From an uncultured bacterium (GTDB taxonomy: Bacteria; Krumholzibacteriota; Krumholzibacteriia; LZORAL124-64-63): 64,000 bases of DNA. The stretch spans positions 128,001-192,000 of the forward strand of contig CAVSGO010000007.1 in NCBI GenBank assembly GCA_963727525.1, written 5' to 3'. The position numbers and the translations under genes are program-made. Shown here piece by piece: positions 31,785 to 43,013 of this stretch (position 1 is its first letter; each line of letters begins with the position of its first letter). The notes below the pieces were generated by a model, which ran no database searches, was not told where the DNA came from, and was given only the letters and a program-made list of their open reading frames with translations.

Positions 31785-33836
31785 CTAGCGGACGAGACTC
31801 AGTTTCGCCGTCGCCAGGACATGGCCGTCCGATTCGAGCCTGGCCATGTACGTGCCCGCCGCCACGGCGCGTCCACCGGCGTCGCAGCCGTTCCACCGTA
31901 GTTCGTGCGTGCCGACGGACAGCGTGCCCTGCCACAACTCGGCGATTCGATGCCCGCGCGTGTCGTAGATCGCCAGACGCACGTCGGCGGATGTGTCGAG
32001 CTGGGCACTCAGCGTCGTGCGGGGGTTGAAGGGATTCGGGAAGACGGCCAGCTCGGCGCTCCTCGCCGCCGGCACGTCGTCCACGCCGACGGGGCCGTGG
32101 GCCTCATAGCAGCCGATATCCGGCGCATCGCCGATGGGCACGTGGATGCCATCGATGTCGTGGTCGAGGCCGACGTCGAGTCCCGCGTCGATCAGGAGCG
32201 ATCCGTCGGGCAGGCTCAGATCGCTATCGCTCGTGTACGGCGATTCCGTGAGCCACACCGGATCGGTGGGCGTGGCGTCGTAGACGATCTGGTCGCTCGC
32301 AGCCGCGATGTTCGACACGTTGCCGAAGCCGCCGCCCTCGCCGTGCAGCTGGACATCGTTGCCGACACCCCAGAAGACGCAGTTGATGATGTTGCACGCG
32401 TTTTCGGGCACCCACTCGCCGCCCTCGAGCGGATGAGCGAAGGCGTCTCCAACCGCGTAGCTGGCCGTATTGACCGAGTTGTCTTGGAAGGAACAGTTGG
32501 TGAGGTCGGCGCGCGCCGCATTGCGGATGACCACGGCGCCGCCACGGCTGTACTCACCGGTGTCGGTGCCGTCCGGCTGGAAGCCCGCGCGGTTGCCGCG
32601 AAACTCGCAGTAGGTCAGCGTCACCGTCTCGCCCACGCTCTCGTCAAGCCCGCCCTTCATCACGCCGCCGCCCTGGTACCAGGCCGTGTTGTCCACGAAA
32701 TGGCAGTAGGCGATCGTGCCGACGGCGAACCGGCTCAGGTAGACGCCGGCGCCCTGGGCGTTCGCGTTGCCCGTGAACGTACAGCCCGTGATCGTGACAT
32801 CCACGTCCAATCCCTCGGCGCCTTGCACCAGGATCGCGCCGCCATCGCCCGCGTTCGATCCCACCTCGAGGCTGCCCTGGTTGTCGGTGAAGGTGCAGTC
32901 CTCGACCAGGAGGGACACGGGCACGGTGCCGTTGTCCTGCACGAGACGGAGCCCGGCGCCCGCAGTCCAGGTGGCGCCAGCGACCACGCCGGCTCGCGAT
33001 CCGGTGACGTTGCAGCGACGCAGCGTGACATTCGCGCCCTCGAAGTTGACGGCGCCGCCGACGGTCGCCGCGGCGTTGTCCGTGAATTCGGTGTCCTCGA
33101 TCAGTACGTCACCCGTGCCGCCGGCGGCATGCACGGCGATGGCACCGCCGCGGCCGCTGTCGTCCGTGCCGTTGCCGGCGAAGCTGCTGCCGGTGATGCG
33201 CAGGTCGTAGCCGGCCGCCAGGAAGATCGCACCGCCATGGCCTTCGGTCCGGTTGCCCGTGAACGTGCACTGGTCGACCTGGATCACGAGGCCGTTGCCG
33301 TCGGACAACGCGCTGAGCACACCGCCCTGGGTGCCGGGTCCGGAGCGGACGAGATCGGTGAACGTGCAACCGGTGAGTTGCAGCGAGGTCAGCACGGTCC
33401 CGGCCGGCGTCGTGGTGAGCGCGGCGTCCGCGCGCGTGCCACCATCACTGCTGATCGCAACCCCGCGTACCTCGATGGTGGGTACGAGATCCGTGGACGC
33501 CAGGGATCCGCCAGACATCAGCATGAGCCCACTGTCCGGGGGTGGCGAGGCGGCGAAATCCTGGTTCGTGAGTAGGGCCGTCAAGGTGACGGGGGCGTCG
33601 AGGCTGTGTATCTCATTCGAGAGCAAGATGGTGTCGGGGCCGGCAGCGGCAACCGACGCCGTGGCGAGATCGGAATAGCAGTTCTCGGATGTCCAGTCGT
33701 CCGGCGTGCTCGGGCCGCTGACGCGTGTGCCGTCGAGCTGGACGTGGAAGCGCGCCGCGGAGGCGGTTCCCGGAACCACCGCCAGGGCGAGGCACAGGAC
33801 CGCGGTAGCCGCGGCGACGGAGCGGAAGGTGACCAT
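31785..33836 (-). CDS. Secreted right-handed beta-helix protein with C-terminal FlgD-Ig/T9SS-like domain
   Basis: Signal peptide; CTFTxN...GGAI repeats; APDIGCYE; FPNPFNPRTT. Confidence 0.85.
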   Translation of the reverse strand: MVTFRSVAAATAVLCLALAVVPGTASAARFHVQLDGTRVSGPSTPDDWTSENCYSDLATASVAAAGPDTILLSNEIHSLDAPVTLTALLTNQDFAASPPPDSGLMLMSGGSLASTDLVPTIEVRGVAISSDGGTRADAALTTTPAGTVLTSLQLTGCTFTDLVRSGPGTQGGVLSALSDGNGLVIQVDQCTFTGNRTEGHGGAIFLAAGYDLRITGSSFAGNGTDDSGRGGAIAVHAAGGTGDVLIEDTEFTDNAAATVGGAVNFEGANVTLRRCNVTGSRAGVVAGATWTAGAGLRLVQDNGTVPVSLLVEDCTFTDNQGSLEVGSNAGDGGAILVQGAEGLDVDVTITGCTFTGNANAQGAGVYLSRFAVGTIAYCHFVDNTAWYQGGGVMKGGLDESVGETVTLTYCEFRGNRAGFQPDGTDTGEYSRGGAVVIRNAARADLTNCSFQDNSVNTASYAVGDAFAHPLEGGEWVPENACNIINCVFWGVGNDVQLHGEGGGFGNVSNIAAASDQIVYDATPTDPVWLTESPYTSDSDLSLPDGSLLIDAGLDVGLDHDIDGIHVPIGDAPDIGCYEAHGPVGVDDVPAARSAELAVFPNPFNPRTTLSAQLDTSADVRLAIYDTRGHRIAELWQGTLSVGTHELRWNGCDAGGRAVAAGTYMARLESDGHVLATAKLSLVR

Positions 33837-33961
33837 TGCGACCTATCCTCGCATTTTGAGGGAAAATGTCATGATCCATCAATTTTACCAGAATTGCGAG
33901 ATATTTCAAGAGGATAAAATATACGATACGTGCAAATAATCCGCCACGCTATCGCGCGCGC

Positions 33962-34750
33962 TCACCAGTACTTCTCGAAATGCATGCTCCCGATCGTGTC
34001 ATGGGACTTCTCGACGAATCCGCGCGATGCCAGCTCCTCGCTGGTGACCCGGATCATGTCCGGATGTCCGCAGAGGAATACATAGCACTGGTCAGGCGTC
34101 AACGGCTGGCCTGTGAGACGCGTGAACATGTCGGGAGCGATCACGTCCTGCACGCGACCGCGCGGCCCCTGCCACGACGAATCGTCAGGCTCGCGGCTGC
34201 AGATGGGCAGGTAGAGGATCGATGGATCCTGACGGCAGGCGGCCTCGATCTCCTGCCGGTATCCGAGGTCTCCCTGGCGACGCACCCCATGCACGAGGAT
34301 GAGACGGTGCCACCGCCCGCGTCCGCGCTGGGCGCGCAGCAGCGACACGTACGGGGCCAGTCCGGTACCCGTAGCGACCAGGACCAGATCCCGGTCGCCG
34401 GGAACCTCCTCGAGGATGAAGTGGCCGTGGGCTTTCGCGTCGACCCAGAGACGGCCGCCCTCGGGGACCGTCCACAGACCCGGGGTGAGCCGACCGTCGC
34501 GCACGCGCACTAGGTAGAACTCCAGGGCTTCGCCGTCGTCCGGCGACGAGGCGATCGAGTAGGCCCGCCGCAGCAGCCGGGGCCCGCGACCGTTGCGCTT
34601 CTCGTCTTCCTGGAGCAACCCGACCAGCGTGTATTGCCCGGGCCGGAACGCCGGAATGCGGCCGTTGTCCGGCACCACACGCACGACGGCGAGATCCTCG
34701 TTGAGGTCGTGCCGGGTCACCAGGGTTGCATTGTATACCGATGATGTCAT
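33962..34750 (-). CDS. fpr: Ferredoxin/flavodoxin-NADP+ reductase
   Basis: FRPGQY, RRAYSIAS, ATGTGLAPY, LCGHPDM, C-terminal EKYW. Confidence 0.88.
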   Translation of the reverse strand: MTSSVYNATLVTRHDLNEDLAVVRVVPDNGRIPAFRPGQYTLVGLLQEDEKRNGRGPRLLRRAYSIASSPDDGEALEFYLVRVRDGRLTPGLWTVPEGGRLWVDAKAHGHFILEEVPGDRDLVLVATGTGLAPYVSLLRAQRGRGRWHRLILVHGVRRQGDLGYRQEIEAACRQDPSILYLPICSREPDDSSWQGPRGRVQDVIAPDMFTRLTGQPLTPDQCYVFLCGHPDMIRVTSEELASRGFVEKSHDTIGSMHFEKYW

Positions 34751-35246
34751 GTTTTCCTCCGCGCGCGCTACGATAGGCACGGACGGCTGTTGCGCAAGTA
34801 TAAACTGCGCGGTGGGAGGTTGCGGGCCAAGCCAGGGCCGCGCCGAGGGGCTCTGCCCGGCGGGAAAAGAACGTCCCCCGCTGCCCGAGCGGAGCCTTGG
34901 ACACATTCGCTTCATCGCTTCTCGATGTGGTTGGCGGTAGGAAAGTCAGGATCGGAAATCACACCTCTTGTGACCCCCGGCCGGAACGCGGTGTCTCGAC
35001 CCCGCGCACTGGGTCTCGTGGCACTCGTCGCGTTCTCGCTGGCCGGTGGGGACCTCGCGAATCCCGTATGTCACGCTGGTTGGACCGGCGTGATGGTGCC
35101 CACTCCCGGCCGTCGGGGCACAACCACGTCCGGGATGACGAACTCTGAGGACGGCCATCGCTGGCGCCGTGGGGCCTGAACATTATCATGGGCATCCCAC
35201 GTCGGCCTGCGGGCCACCGCTGTCACTCGGAGCAAGGAACCGACTC

Positions 35247-37043
35247 ATGGACCACGGAGATGAGGGACGTTTCGATCCGCACTCGTACTGCAACGCCGAT
35301 CAGCCCGTCCAGCGCCACTTCGACCTCGAGCTCGCCGTCGATTTCGCCACACGCAAGCTCGCGGGCCGCGTGCGCATCCGGCTCGACCGGCCGTCCGCGG
35401 GACCCCTCGATCTCGACGGGCGCGATCTGACGATCACCCACGTCCGAAACCAGACGGGCGCCGACATCCCCTGGCAGATCGCCGAGTCGGAGAAGGTGCG
35501 CGGTGACCGCCTGCATCTCGAGTTGCCGGCGGGAACGGAGAGCGTGGAAATCGGCTACCATACGGCGCCCGGTGCGCTGGCCCTCGGCTGGCTCGACCCT
35601 CCGCAGACGGCGGGTAAGCAACACCCGTTCATGTTCAGCCAGTGTCAGCCCATCCATGCGCGGACGATGGTGCCCTGCCAGGATACGCCGCGTCACCGCG
35701 TCACCTACACGGCCGCGATCAGCGTGCCCCGACCGCTGCGCGCCGTGATGTCGGCCGCACCCGAGGGTCAGGAAGACACGGACGACGGACGCACCGTCTG
35801 GCGTTTCGCGATGCCCCAGGCCATCCCCACCTATCTGCTGGCCTTGGCCGTGGGGAATCTCGAGGCGCGCGATATTGGCGCGCGCTCGCGCGTCTACGCG
35901 GAACCCGAGACCGTCGCGCAGGCCGCGTGGGAATTCGCCGAGGTCGAGTCGATGATCGCCGCGGCCGAGCGCCTCTTCGGACCCTACGAGTGGGACCGCT
36001 TCGATCTGCTCGTCATGCCGCCGGCGTTCCCGTACGGCGGCATGGAGAACCCGCGCCTGACCTTCCTCACGCCGACACTCATCGCGGGCGATCGGTCGCA
36101 GGTCAACGTCGTGGCCCACGAGCTGGCCCATAGCTGGACCGGCAACCTCGTGACGAACGCCACCATGGACGATTTCTGGCTCAACGAGGGCTTCACCGTG
36201 TACGCGGAACGCCGCATCCTCGAGGAGATCTACGACGCGGAGTATGCCGATCTGCAGGCCGTCATACGACGCGCCGCCCTGCAGGAGAACCTCGACGACT
36301 TTGGACCCGAGTCGCCCTACACACACCTGCGCAACGACCTCGCCGGCATCGATCCCGACGATATCTACTCGCTCGTGCCGTACGAGAAGGGTGCGCAGTT
36401 CGTCCTGCTCCTGGACCAGGCGGTGGGACGGGAGCGCTTCGACGCCTTCCTGTCGCGGTACATCGGGACCTTCAGGTTCCGCTCGATCACCACAGACGAG
36501 TTCCTGGCGTTTCTCGAGAAGGAACTTCCCGGCGTGTATGCCTCCGTGCGGGGGCCGGAGTGGGTCGATGGACCGGGCATGCCGTCGAACGAGATCCCGG
36601 TACGGTCCGCCGCCGTGGATCACGTGCGCGAGTTGGCTGCCGCATGGCCGAGCGGCCGCCGACCTGCCGCCGACGACGCCGCCACCTGGAAGCCGGAGCA
36701 GTGGCAGATCTACTTCCAGAACCTGCCGCGTCGCCTCGATCTTGCCGACTGCCACTGGCTCGACGAGACCTTCGCCCTCACGCAGCGTGGTCACTACGAG
36801 GTGCTCGTGGAGTGGCTGACCATCGCCGCCGCATCGGCCTACGAGCCGGCGTTCGCTCGCATCCGCGAGGTGCTGACGCACGTCGGACGCATGAAGTATC
36901 TGAAGCCTCTGTACAAAGCGTTGATGAGCAACCCGTCGACGGTAGCGCTCGCGCGCAAGATCTTCGCCGATGTCCAGGCGAGTTACCACCCGTTGAGCCG
37001 GGCCTCGGTGGCCGGAATCGTCGGTGCCGGGACGCCGGCGTGA
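35247..37043 (+). CDS. M1 aminopeptidase (leukotriene A4 hydrolase-like)
   Basis: GGMENP, HELAH...NEG, VPYEKG, C-terminal VGRMKYLKPLY. Confidence 0.93.
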   Translation: MDHGDEGRFDPHSYCNADQPVQRHFDLELAVDFATRKLAGRVRIRLDRPSAGPLDLDGRDLTITHVRNQTGADIPWQIAESEKVRGDRLHLELPAGTESVEIGYHTAPGALALGWLDPPQTAGKQHPFMFSQCQPIHARTMVPCQDTPRHRVTYTAAISVPRPLRAVMSAAPEGQEDTDDGRTVWRFAMPQAIPTYLLALAVGNLEARDIGARSRVYAEPETVAQAAWEFAEVESMIAAAERLFGPYEWDRFDLLVMPPAFPYGGMENPRLTFLTPTLIAGDRSQVNVVAHELAHSWTGNLVTNATMDDFWLNEGFTVYAERRILEEIYDAEYADLQAVIRRAALQENLDDFGPESPYTHLRNDLAGIDPDDIYSLVPYEKGAQFVLLLDQAVGRERFDAFLSRYIGTFRFRSITTDEFLAFLEKELPGVYASVRGPEWVDGPGMPSNEIPVRSAAVDHVRELAAAWPSGRRPAADDAATWKPEQWQIYFQNLPRRLDLADCHWLDETFALTQRGHYEVLVEWLTIAAASAYEPAFARIREVLTHVGRMKYLKPLYKALMSNPSTVALARKIFADVQASYHPLSRASVAGIVGAGTPA

Positions 37044-37071
37044 AAGAGCCTTTCTGTCGTCGGGAGCATCC

Positions 37072-38016
37072 ATGCGCGTGATCGAACATCTGGCTCGCGC
37101 CACCGAGACGCTGTACAGCTTCGAGATCATCCCGCCGCGACGCGGCGGGAGCGTGCGCGACATCATCGACATCGTGGAGCAGGTCGTGCCCACGGCGCCG
37201 TCGTTCATCGATGTCACGAGTCACGCGGCCGAGGCGGAGTACGACGAGCTGCCCGACGGCACGATCCGCCGCCGGGTCCGCAAGAAACGCCCGGGCACGC
37301 TGTCGATCTGCGGCATCATTCAGAATCGCTGGGGCATCGATACCGTCCCGCATCTGCTGTGTCAGGGCTTCACCTGCGAGGAGACCGAGGACGCGGTCAT
37401 CGAGCTGAACTACCTTGGTATCCAGAACGTGCTCGCCATCCGCGGAGATGCGCCGAGCTACCAGCGCCCCGCCGACCCCTCGCGCTCCCGCAACCGATAC
37501 GCCGTCGATCTCGTGGCCCAGGTCGCGCGGCTACGGCAGGGCCTCTACCTCGACGAGCTATCGAACAGCGTGGCGATCGACATGTGCGTCGGCGTGGGAG
37601 GCTATCCGGAAAAGCATTTCGAGTCGCCGAATCTCGGCGCCGACGTACGCCGGCTCAAGGAGAAGGTCGACGCGGGCGCCGACTACGTCGTCACCCAGAT
37701 GTTCTTCGACAACGAAGCCTTCTTCGCCTTCGAGAAACGGTGCCGCGAGGCAGGCATCGACGTGCCCATCATCCCGGGACTCAAGTTCCTGGACAGCGAG
37801 AAACAGCTCATGAGCTTGCCGCGCAACTTCCACGTGAGCATTCCCGAGGGTCTCGCCGATGAGGTGCTCGCCAGCCCGCCGCACGCCCGCGAGATCGGCC
37901 AGCGCTGGGCGCGCCAGCAGATCGAGGGCCTGCTCGCGCATGGCGTGCCGTGCCTGCACTTTTACGTCATGATGGACGCGCGGCCGGTCGTCGAGGTGAT
38001 CCGCAAACTCGGTTAG
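37072..38016 (+). CDS. metF: Methylenetetrahydrofolate reductase
   Basis: SFEIIPP, AIRGD, GYPEKH, KVDAGADYVVTQMFFD, LHFY. Confidence 0.92.
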   Translation: MRVIEHLARATETLYSFEIIPPRRGGSVRDIIDIVEQVVPTAPSFIDVTSHAAEAEYDELPDGTIRRRVRKKRPGTLSICGIIQNRWGIDTVPHLLCQGFTCEETEDAVIELNYLGIQNVLAIRGDAPSYQRPADPSRSRNRYAVDLVAQVARLRQGLYLDELSNSVAIDMCVGVGGYPEKHFESPNLGADVRRLKEKVDAGADYVVTQMFFDNEAFFAFEKRCREAGIDVPIIPGLKFLDSEKQLMSLPRNFHVSIPEGLADEVLASPPHAREIGQRWARQQIEGLLAHGVPCLHFYVMMDARPVVEVIRKLG

Positions 38017-39251
38017 AGCCGCGGAGCCGCGAAGCACACCAGTTCGAGCGGCACATCGGAGCCGGCGGCGGCGGAGGTGTCCGTGCCCTCGGCGTTGTCC
38101 CCGGTGCTCACGGTGAGCGTCAGGCGATCCTGCCCCCGTACCAGCATGAAACGACCATCGCGCAGGGGGATCAGGCGATTGCCCTCGCCACCCTGGGGCA
38201 CGGTGAGGGTTACGTCGGCGACCAGCCGCCCGTCCCCATCGTACACGTCATAGATGACGATGCCCTGGCGGTCCCAGCGATCGCGGCCATGGCTGTTCTC
38301 CACCCAGAGAGTCCCGTCGTCGCGCGCCACCATGCTCCGGATGCAGGGGTCGCGATCCTGGAGCACCTCCTCGATCTCCGGTTTCTGGCCATTGATGTCG
38401 ATCTGCATGCCGCCGCGCAACGCGTCCTTCTCGGCATCGGTGCGCATCCGGGCGTCGTGGGGCCGGGTGATCACGCGCAGAAGGGAGCCGTCGGGCGCGT
38501 ACTGGGTGATCTCGTAGCGACCGTAGGCCGTGGCGCACGACAGGCGGCCGTCGGGGCCGAGAGTCCAGCGGCCGCGCTCCCCGGGGAACCAGTCGGCCAA
38601 CTCGTCGAATGTCATCTTCTGCAGGTTGCGGGTCCGGGCGAGGCGGGCGTAGCAGTGGCGCTCCTCGCCGTCGGCCGTGACCGCGGCCAGCGTGTGCTCG
38701 TCGAGCATCGTGCCATCGTCGGGCCGGAACACGCTGCGGACCGCTGACACGACCAGGACGTCGTCCCGCTGATGCGCCTCCTGCAGGATCGCGAATCCGC
38801 CGCGCGCCGGATCGTCGCTGCCCAGGGTGAAGCTGCCGGAGGGCATCCCGTCGGGGTTCAGGTAGATGATCTTGCCGGGGAAGGCTTGCACGATCCCGAC
38901 GACACCGTCGGGGCGGACGTCGAGACCGATGGGCCGGCGCATCTCGCCGGGCCCGTCGCCCTCGCGGCCGAGCGTGGCCATGAGCGTGCCGTCCTTCGCG
39001 AAGGCGAGGACATGGGAGAGCTGCGTGTCGAGCACGTAGACCGTGCCATCGGTGGCCACGGCCGCATTCGCCACCTGGCCGAGCAGCACTTCGCTCTCGT
39101 CGTCGCCACCGGCGCGCCACAGCTCGTCCAGGGTGACGGCGATCTGCCGCGGCGCGGCGGCGGGGTTGTCGATCGTCGGAGAGGCCGCCGCCGTGGCGGA
39201 CACGAGTACCACGGCAGTGAGCACGAGATACGTCAGCCGCAACATGATCAT
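38013..39251 (-). CDS. Secreted 6-bladed beta-propeller protein
   Basis: Signal peptide; GTVYVLD...GREGDGPGEM; YDVYDGDGRL. Confidence 0.8.
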   Translation of the reverse strand: MIMLRLTYLVLTAVVLVSATAAASPTIDNPAAAPRQIAVTLDELWRAGGDDESEVLLGQVANAAVATDGTVYVLDTQLSHVLAFAKDGTLMATLGREGDGPGEMRRPIGLDVRPDGVVGIVQAFPGKIIYLNPDGMPSGSFTLGSDDPARGGFAILQEAHQRDDVLVVSAVRSVFRPDDGTMLDEHTLAAVTADGEERHCYARLARTRNLQKMTFDELADWFPGERGRWTLGPDGRLSCATAYGRYEITQYAPDGSLLRVITRPHDARMRTDAEKDALRGGMQIDINGQKPEIEEVLQDRDPCIRSMVARDDGTLWVENSHGRDRWDRQGIVIYDVYDGDGRLVADVTLTVPQGGEGNRLIPLRDGRFMLVRGQDRLTLTVSTGDNAEGTDTSAAAGSDVPLELVCFAAPRL

Positions 39252-39333
39252 GCTCCGGGACTCGGGGGTAGGGGAGGTGTGCGAACGAGACTACGCAGCC
39301 GGTACCGGCGAGGTTCCCCGAAAATGATGGGTT

Positions 39334-40556
39334 GTGCCAAGAAGAATGTTGACGAGGCTTCGCACCGAGATCTCGCCCGCTAGGCCCGACTTTCTCACTA
39401 CGCGGCGTACGTCAGCTTGTGCCTGCGGTTCACCTTCAATGGCCGCGTCTCGACCCGTCGCCAGTAGTAGTCATCCCACAACGGCGGCAACTCGATATGC
39501 GACACGAACAGCCGCCGAGACAACACCTCCTCCTCGGTCAGGGGCTTCGTGGCGATCCCGATCTGCATCGCCGGCGTGCTCCAGCACCGCTTCTCCCGAC
39601 GCAACTTGATCGTGTTGCGCCACACCAGGAAGATCGCCAGCCGGTAGATCGAATGCTGGCGTCGCTTCCCGAACGCGATCGTCTCCCGCGTGTGGTCTTT
39701 CAGACAATGCCGCAGCAACATGTCCAGCAAGTTGACCTCGAACAACGGGTTGCGACTCGTCCGCGGCTCACGGGAGTCGATCGTCTCGTGGATCACGTTG
39801 CCGTACCGTAGCTTCGCGATCGCATAGGGATAGGTCTTGTGCTTGTCGCTCCAGATGTGGGCCTCGGTGGCGCCGTCGAGCGAGACCGAGAGCACCTCGA
39901 GCAGCGCCCGCATCAACGACCTGGGGTCCGGCCGGCCATAGTTTTGTTCAAAGAGGGACCGTTTCCATTTCTGCTCGTCGGTCATCGCCCCGCTGCGTCG
40001 CCGCTCGGCCTCGGCGAAGTGGATGATGAAGCTGGAGGGGCGATCGACGGCCGCGACGATCTCGTAGGGGAAGTACTGGGAGTGCTCGAAGGTGACGAGC
40101 CCGTCGATGGCGATGTCCACGAAGGGTGACGCCTGGGACACCAGGTGTCGATGGAAGAGGATGCAGTGTCGGCCGAGGCGAGCGAGGAGGTTGTCGACGG
40201 TCGTCGGCGAGGTGTCGAGGAGCCTGGCGATCTGGCGGTTGGCGGCGCCAGAGACGGCGTGCTTGTGGACCTTGGGCAGGAGATCGGCGCGTTTGAGCCA
40301 GTATGTGGTGCGGAAGGTCTGGTCTGAGCAGGTCCTGCCACAGGCCAGGCAGAGGTAGCGCTGGACGGTGTAGGGCGGGGATTTTCGGGAGAAGGTGCCG
40401 AAGAGCGCGAAGGGCCAGGGTTGCGGCTGAGGCTTGTGGTATTTGCAGTTAGGGTTGGGGCAGTGGGGAGGAAGCGAGGGGCATGAAGTGAGGGTTTTGG
40501 TGTTCATGAAGACGGGCCCAGGCAAGCGCTGGACCCGTCAACATTCTTCGTGGCAC
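39334..40556 (-). mobile_element. IS1-like insertion sequence (~1.22 kb) with 21-bp terminal inverted repeats
   Basis: GTGCCAAGAAGAATGTTGACG (39334-39354) versus CGTCAACATTCTTCGTGGCAC (40536-40556), one mismatch, enclosing a single transposase ORF. Confidence 0.8.
39398..40507 (-). CDS. IS1-like transposase (zinc ribbon + HTH + RNase H-like domain)
   Basis: CPNPNC...QRYLCLAC, RQIARLLDTSPTTV HTH, AIDG, WSDKHKTY, AFGKR, TPAM. Confidence 0.82.
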   Translation of the reverse strand: MNTKTLTSCPSLPPHCPNPNCKYHKPQPQPWPFALFGTFSRKSPPYTVQRYLCLACGRTCSDQTFRTTYWLKRADLLPKVHKHAVSGAANRQIARLLDTSPTTVDNLLARLGRHCILFHRHLVSQASPFVDIAIDGLVTFEHSQYFPYEIVAAVDRPSSFIIHFAEAERRRSGAMTDEQKWKRSLFEQNYGRPDPRSLMRALLEVLSVSLDGATEAHIWSDKHKTYPYAIAKLRYGNVIHETIDSREPRTSRNPLFEVNLLDMLLRHCLKDHTRETIAFGKRRQHSIYRLAIFLVWRNTIKLRREKRCWSTPAMQIGIATKPLTEEEVLSRRLFVSHIELPPLWDDYYWRRVETRPLKVNRRHKLTYAA

Positions 40557-40572
40557 GTTAAAAACGATGGGT

Positions 40573-41244
40573 TCAGCGGACTATCAGTGGCACTGTGGCG
40601 CTGCGACCGCAGACGTCTCCGCCGCAGAGGAAGACGATCCGTGCGTACGCAGCGTCGACGGCCTCCGGCCGCAGGCGCAGATCCAGCGTCGTCGACGTAT
40701 CCGCGGCGACGGGAATCCGGGCCAGCTCACCCAGAGCGGCATCGTAGAGGACGATCTCGCTGGCGTCCGCAGCGGCGGGGCGCGACCAGGCGAGATTCCA
40801 GACTCCGGACGCGTCTGTGGCTTCCACGCTCAGCGGCGTGTCCGGCGCGGCCTCACCGCGCAGGATGGGGGCGCCGGCCGGCACCCGGGGGCCCGAACGC
40901 ATGACGACGTCGCGGGCCACGAGGAGGCCCGCACATATCGCCAGCACGGCGGCCACCGCGTACAGGGCGCGGCTCATGGTACGCCCCCGGGCCGCGGGCG
41001 TCTCGCCGGCGCGTGCGCCCATCGGTGCACCGATGGTCAATGACAGTCGAGACGCGAGCGTCGCCATCGCCCCATCGACGTCGGCATCGCCGGGGAGCGA
41101 CGCGGGGTGCATGAATTCCGAGTAACTGCGTACGAGGGTGCGGCAGCGCGGGCATGTGGCGACGTGCACGCGGTCGGGATGGGTGGCCGGTAATTCGAGC
41201 ACGGCCGCCACATCCTCGGGTCGTATGCATCGTCGCGCCATCAT
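40573..41244 (-). CDS. Zinc-binding anti-sigma factor-like membrane protein
   Basis: HVATCPRC (HxxxCxxC), one TM segment; overlaps the ECF sigma stop. Confidence 0.75.
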   Translation of the reverse strand: MMARRCIRPEDVAAVLELPATHPDRVHVATCPRCRTLVRSYSEFMHPASLPGDADVDGAMATLASRLSLTIGAPMGARAGETPAARGRTMSRALYAVAAVLAICAGLLVARDVVMRSGPRVPAGAPILRGEAAPDTPLSVEATDASGVWNLAWSRPAAADASEIVLYDAALGELARIPVAADTSTTLDLRLRPEAVDAAYARIVFLCGGDVCGRSATVPLIVR

Positions 41245-41906
41245 GTCGCCTCCGTATCCGTGGCCTCGGTTCTTGCGAGCGCTGCCCGCAACTTTCGCCG
41301 CGCCCGTTGCAACACGGCCCTCGCTCCCGTTTGATCCCGCAAGTCGAGCAGGCGTGTGATGTCGTCGACCGCCATCCTCTCGATGCAGCGCAACCACAGG
41401 GCGTCCTGCTCGAGTGGGTCGAGATGCGCCGCAATGAGGTCGAGCAGGGCGCCCTCGCTCTCGCGATCCTCCAGCTCCCGATCCGGGCCTGGCCGCGCAT
41501 CGGCGATCCTCTGGAGCAACTCCTCGTCCTCGTGCTCCAGCCGTACCCGCCGCAACTCGCTGAGGCAGCGGTTCCGCGCGATGGCGAACAGCCAGGAGCT
41601 GAAGCGCGCGCGCTGCCCGAACCCCGGCAGGTTCTGGTATGCGCTCACCAGCACTTCCTGCGAGAGATCGAGGGCCAGGTCGCGGTCGCGCACGTGCCGG
41701 TAACACCACGCGTACACGCGTTGCTGGTACCTGCCGAGAAGACGCGACGCCGCGTTGCGGCCGTGCTGTCCGCCGGGATCCGCCTGGACCGCGGCCACCA
41801 GCGACTCGTCGCTCTCGCCACCGCCGCCGGGATCGATGGCTGGAGGCGTCCAGCGGGTCAGCAATCGCTCCAGAGACATGAGACGCATCGTCGCTCCCGG
41901 AATCAC
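41241..41906 (-). CDS. ECF RNA polymerase sigma factor
   Basis: DESLV, DLSQEVL, FSSWLFAIARNRCL, region 4 RARRKLR; start uncertain. Confidence 0.88.
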   Translation of the reverse strand: MIPGATMRLMSLERLLTRWTPPAIDPGGGGESDESLVAAVQADPGGQHGRNAASRLLGRYQQRVYAWCYRHVRDRDLALDLSQEVLVSAYQNLPGFGQRARFSSWLFAIARNRCLSELRRVRLEHEDEELLQRIADARPGPDRELEDRESEGALLDLIAAHLDPLEQDALWLRCIERMAVDDITRLLDLRDQTGARAVLQRARRKLRAALARTEATDTEAT

Positions 41907-41930
41907 AGCCAGAGTACCATCCGATCATAA

Positions 41931-43007
<1,077 letters not shown>

Positions 43008-43013
43008 CGGGCC

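Noticed and set aside
34751..35246. 500-bp divergent intergenic region between fpr and the M1 peptidase as a possible ncRNA or small gene
   Set aside because: No repeat array, known RNA motif or convincing ORF; only a possible TATACT -10 near 34800
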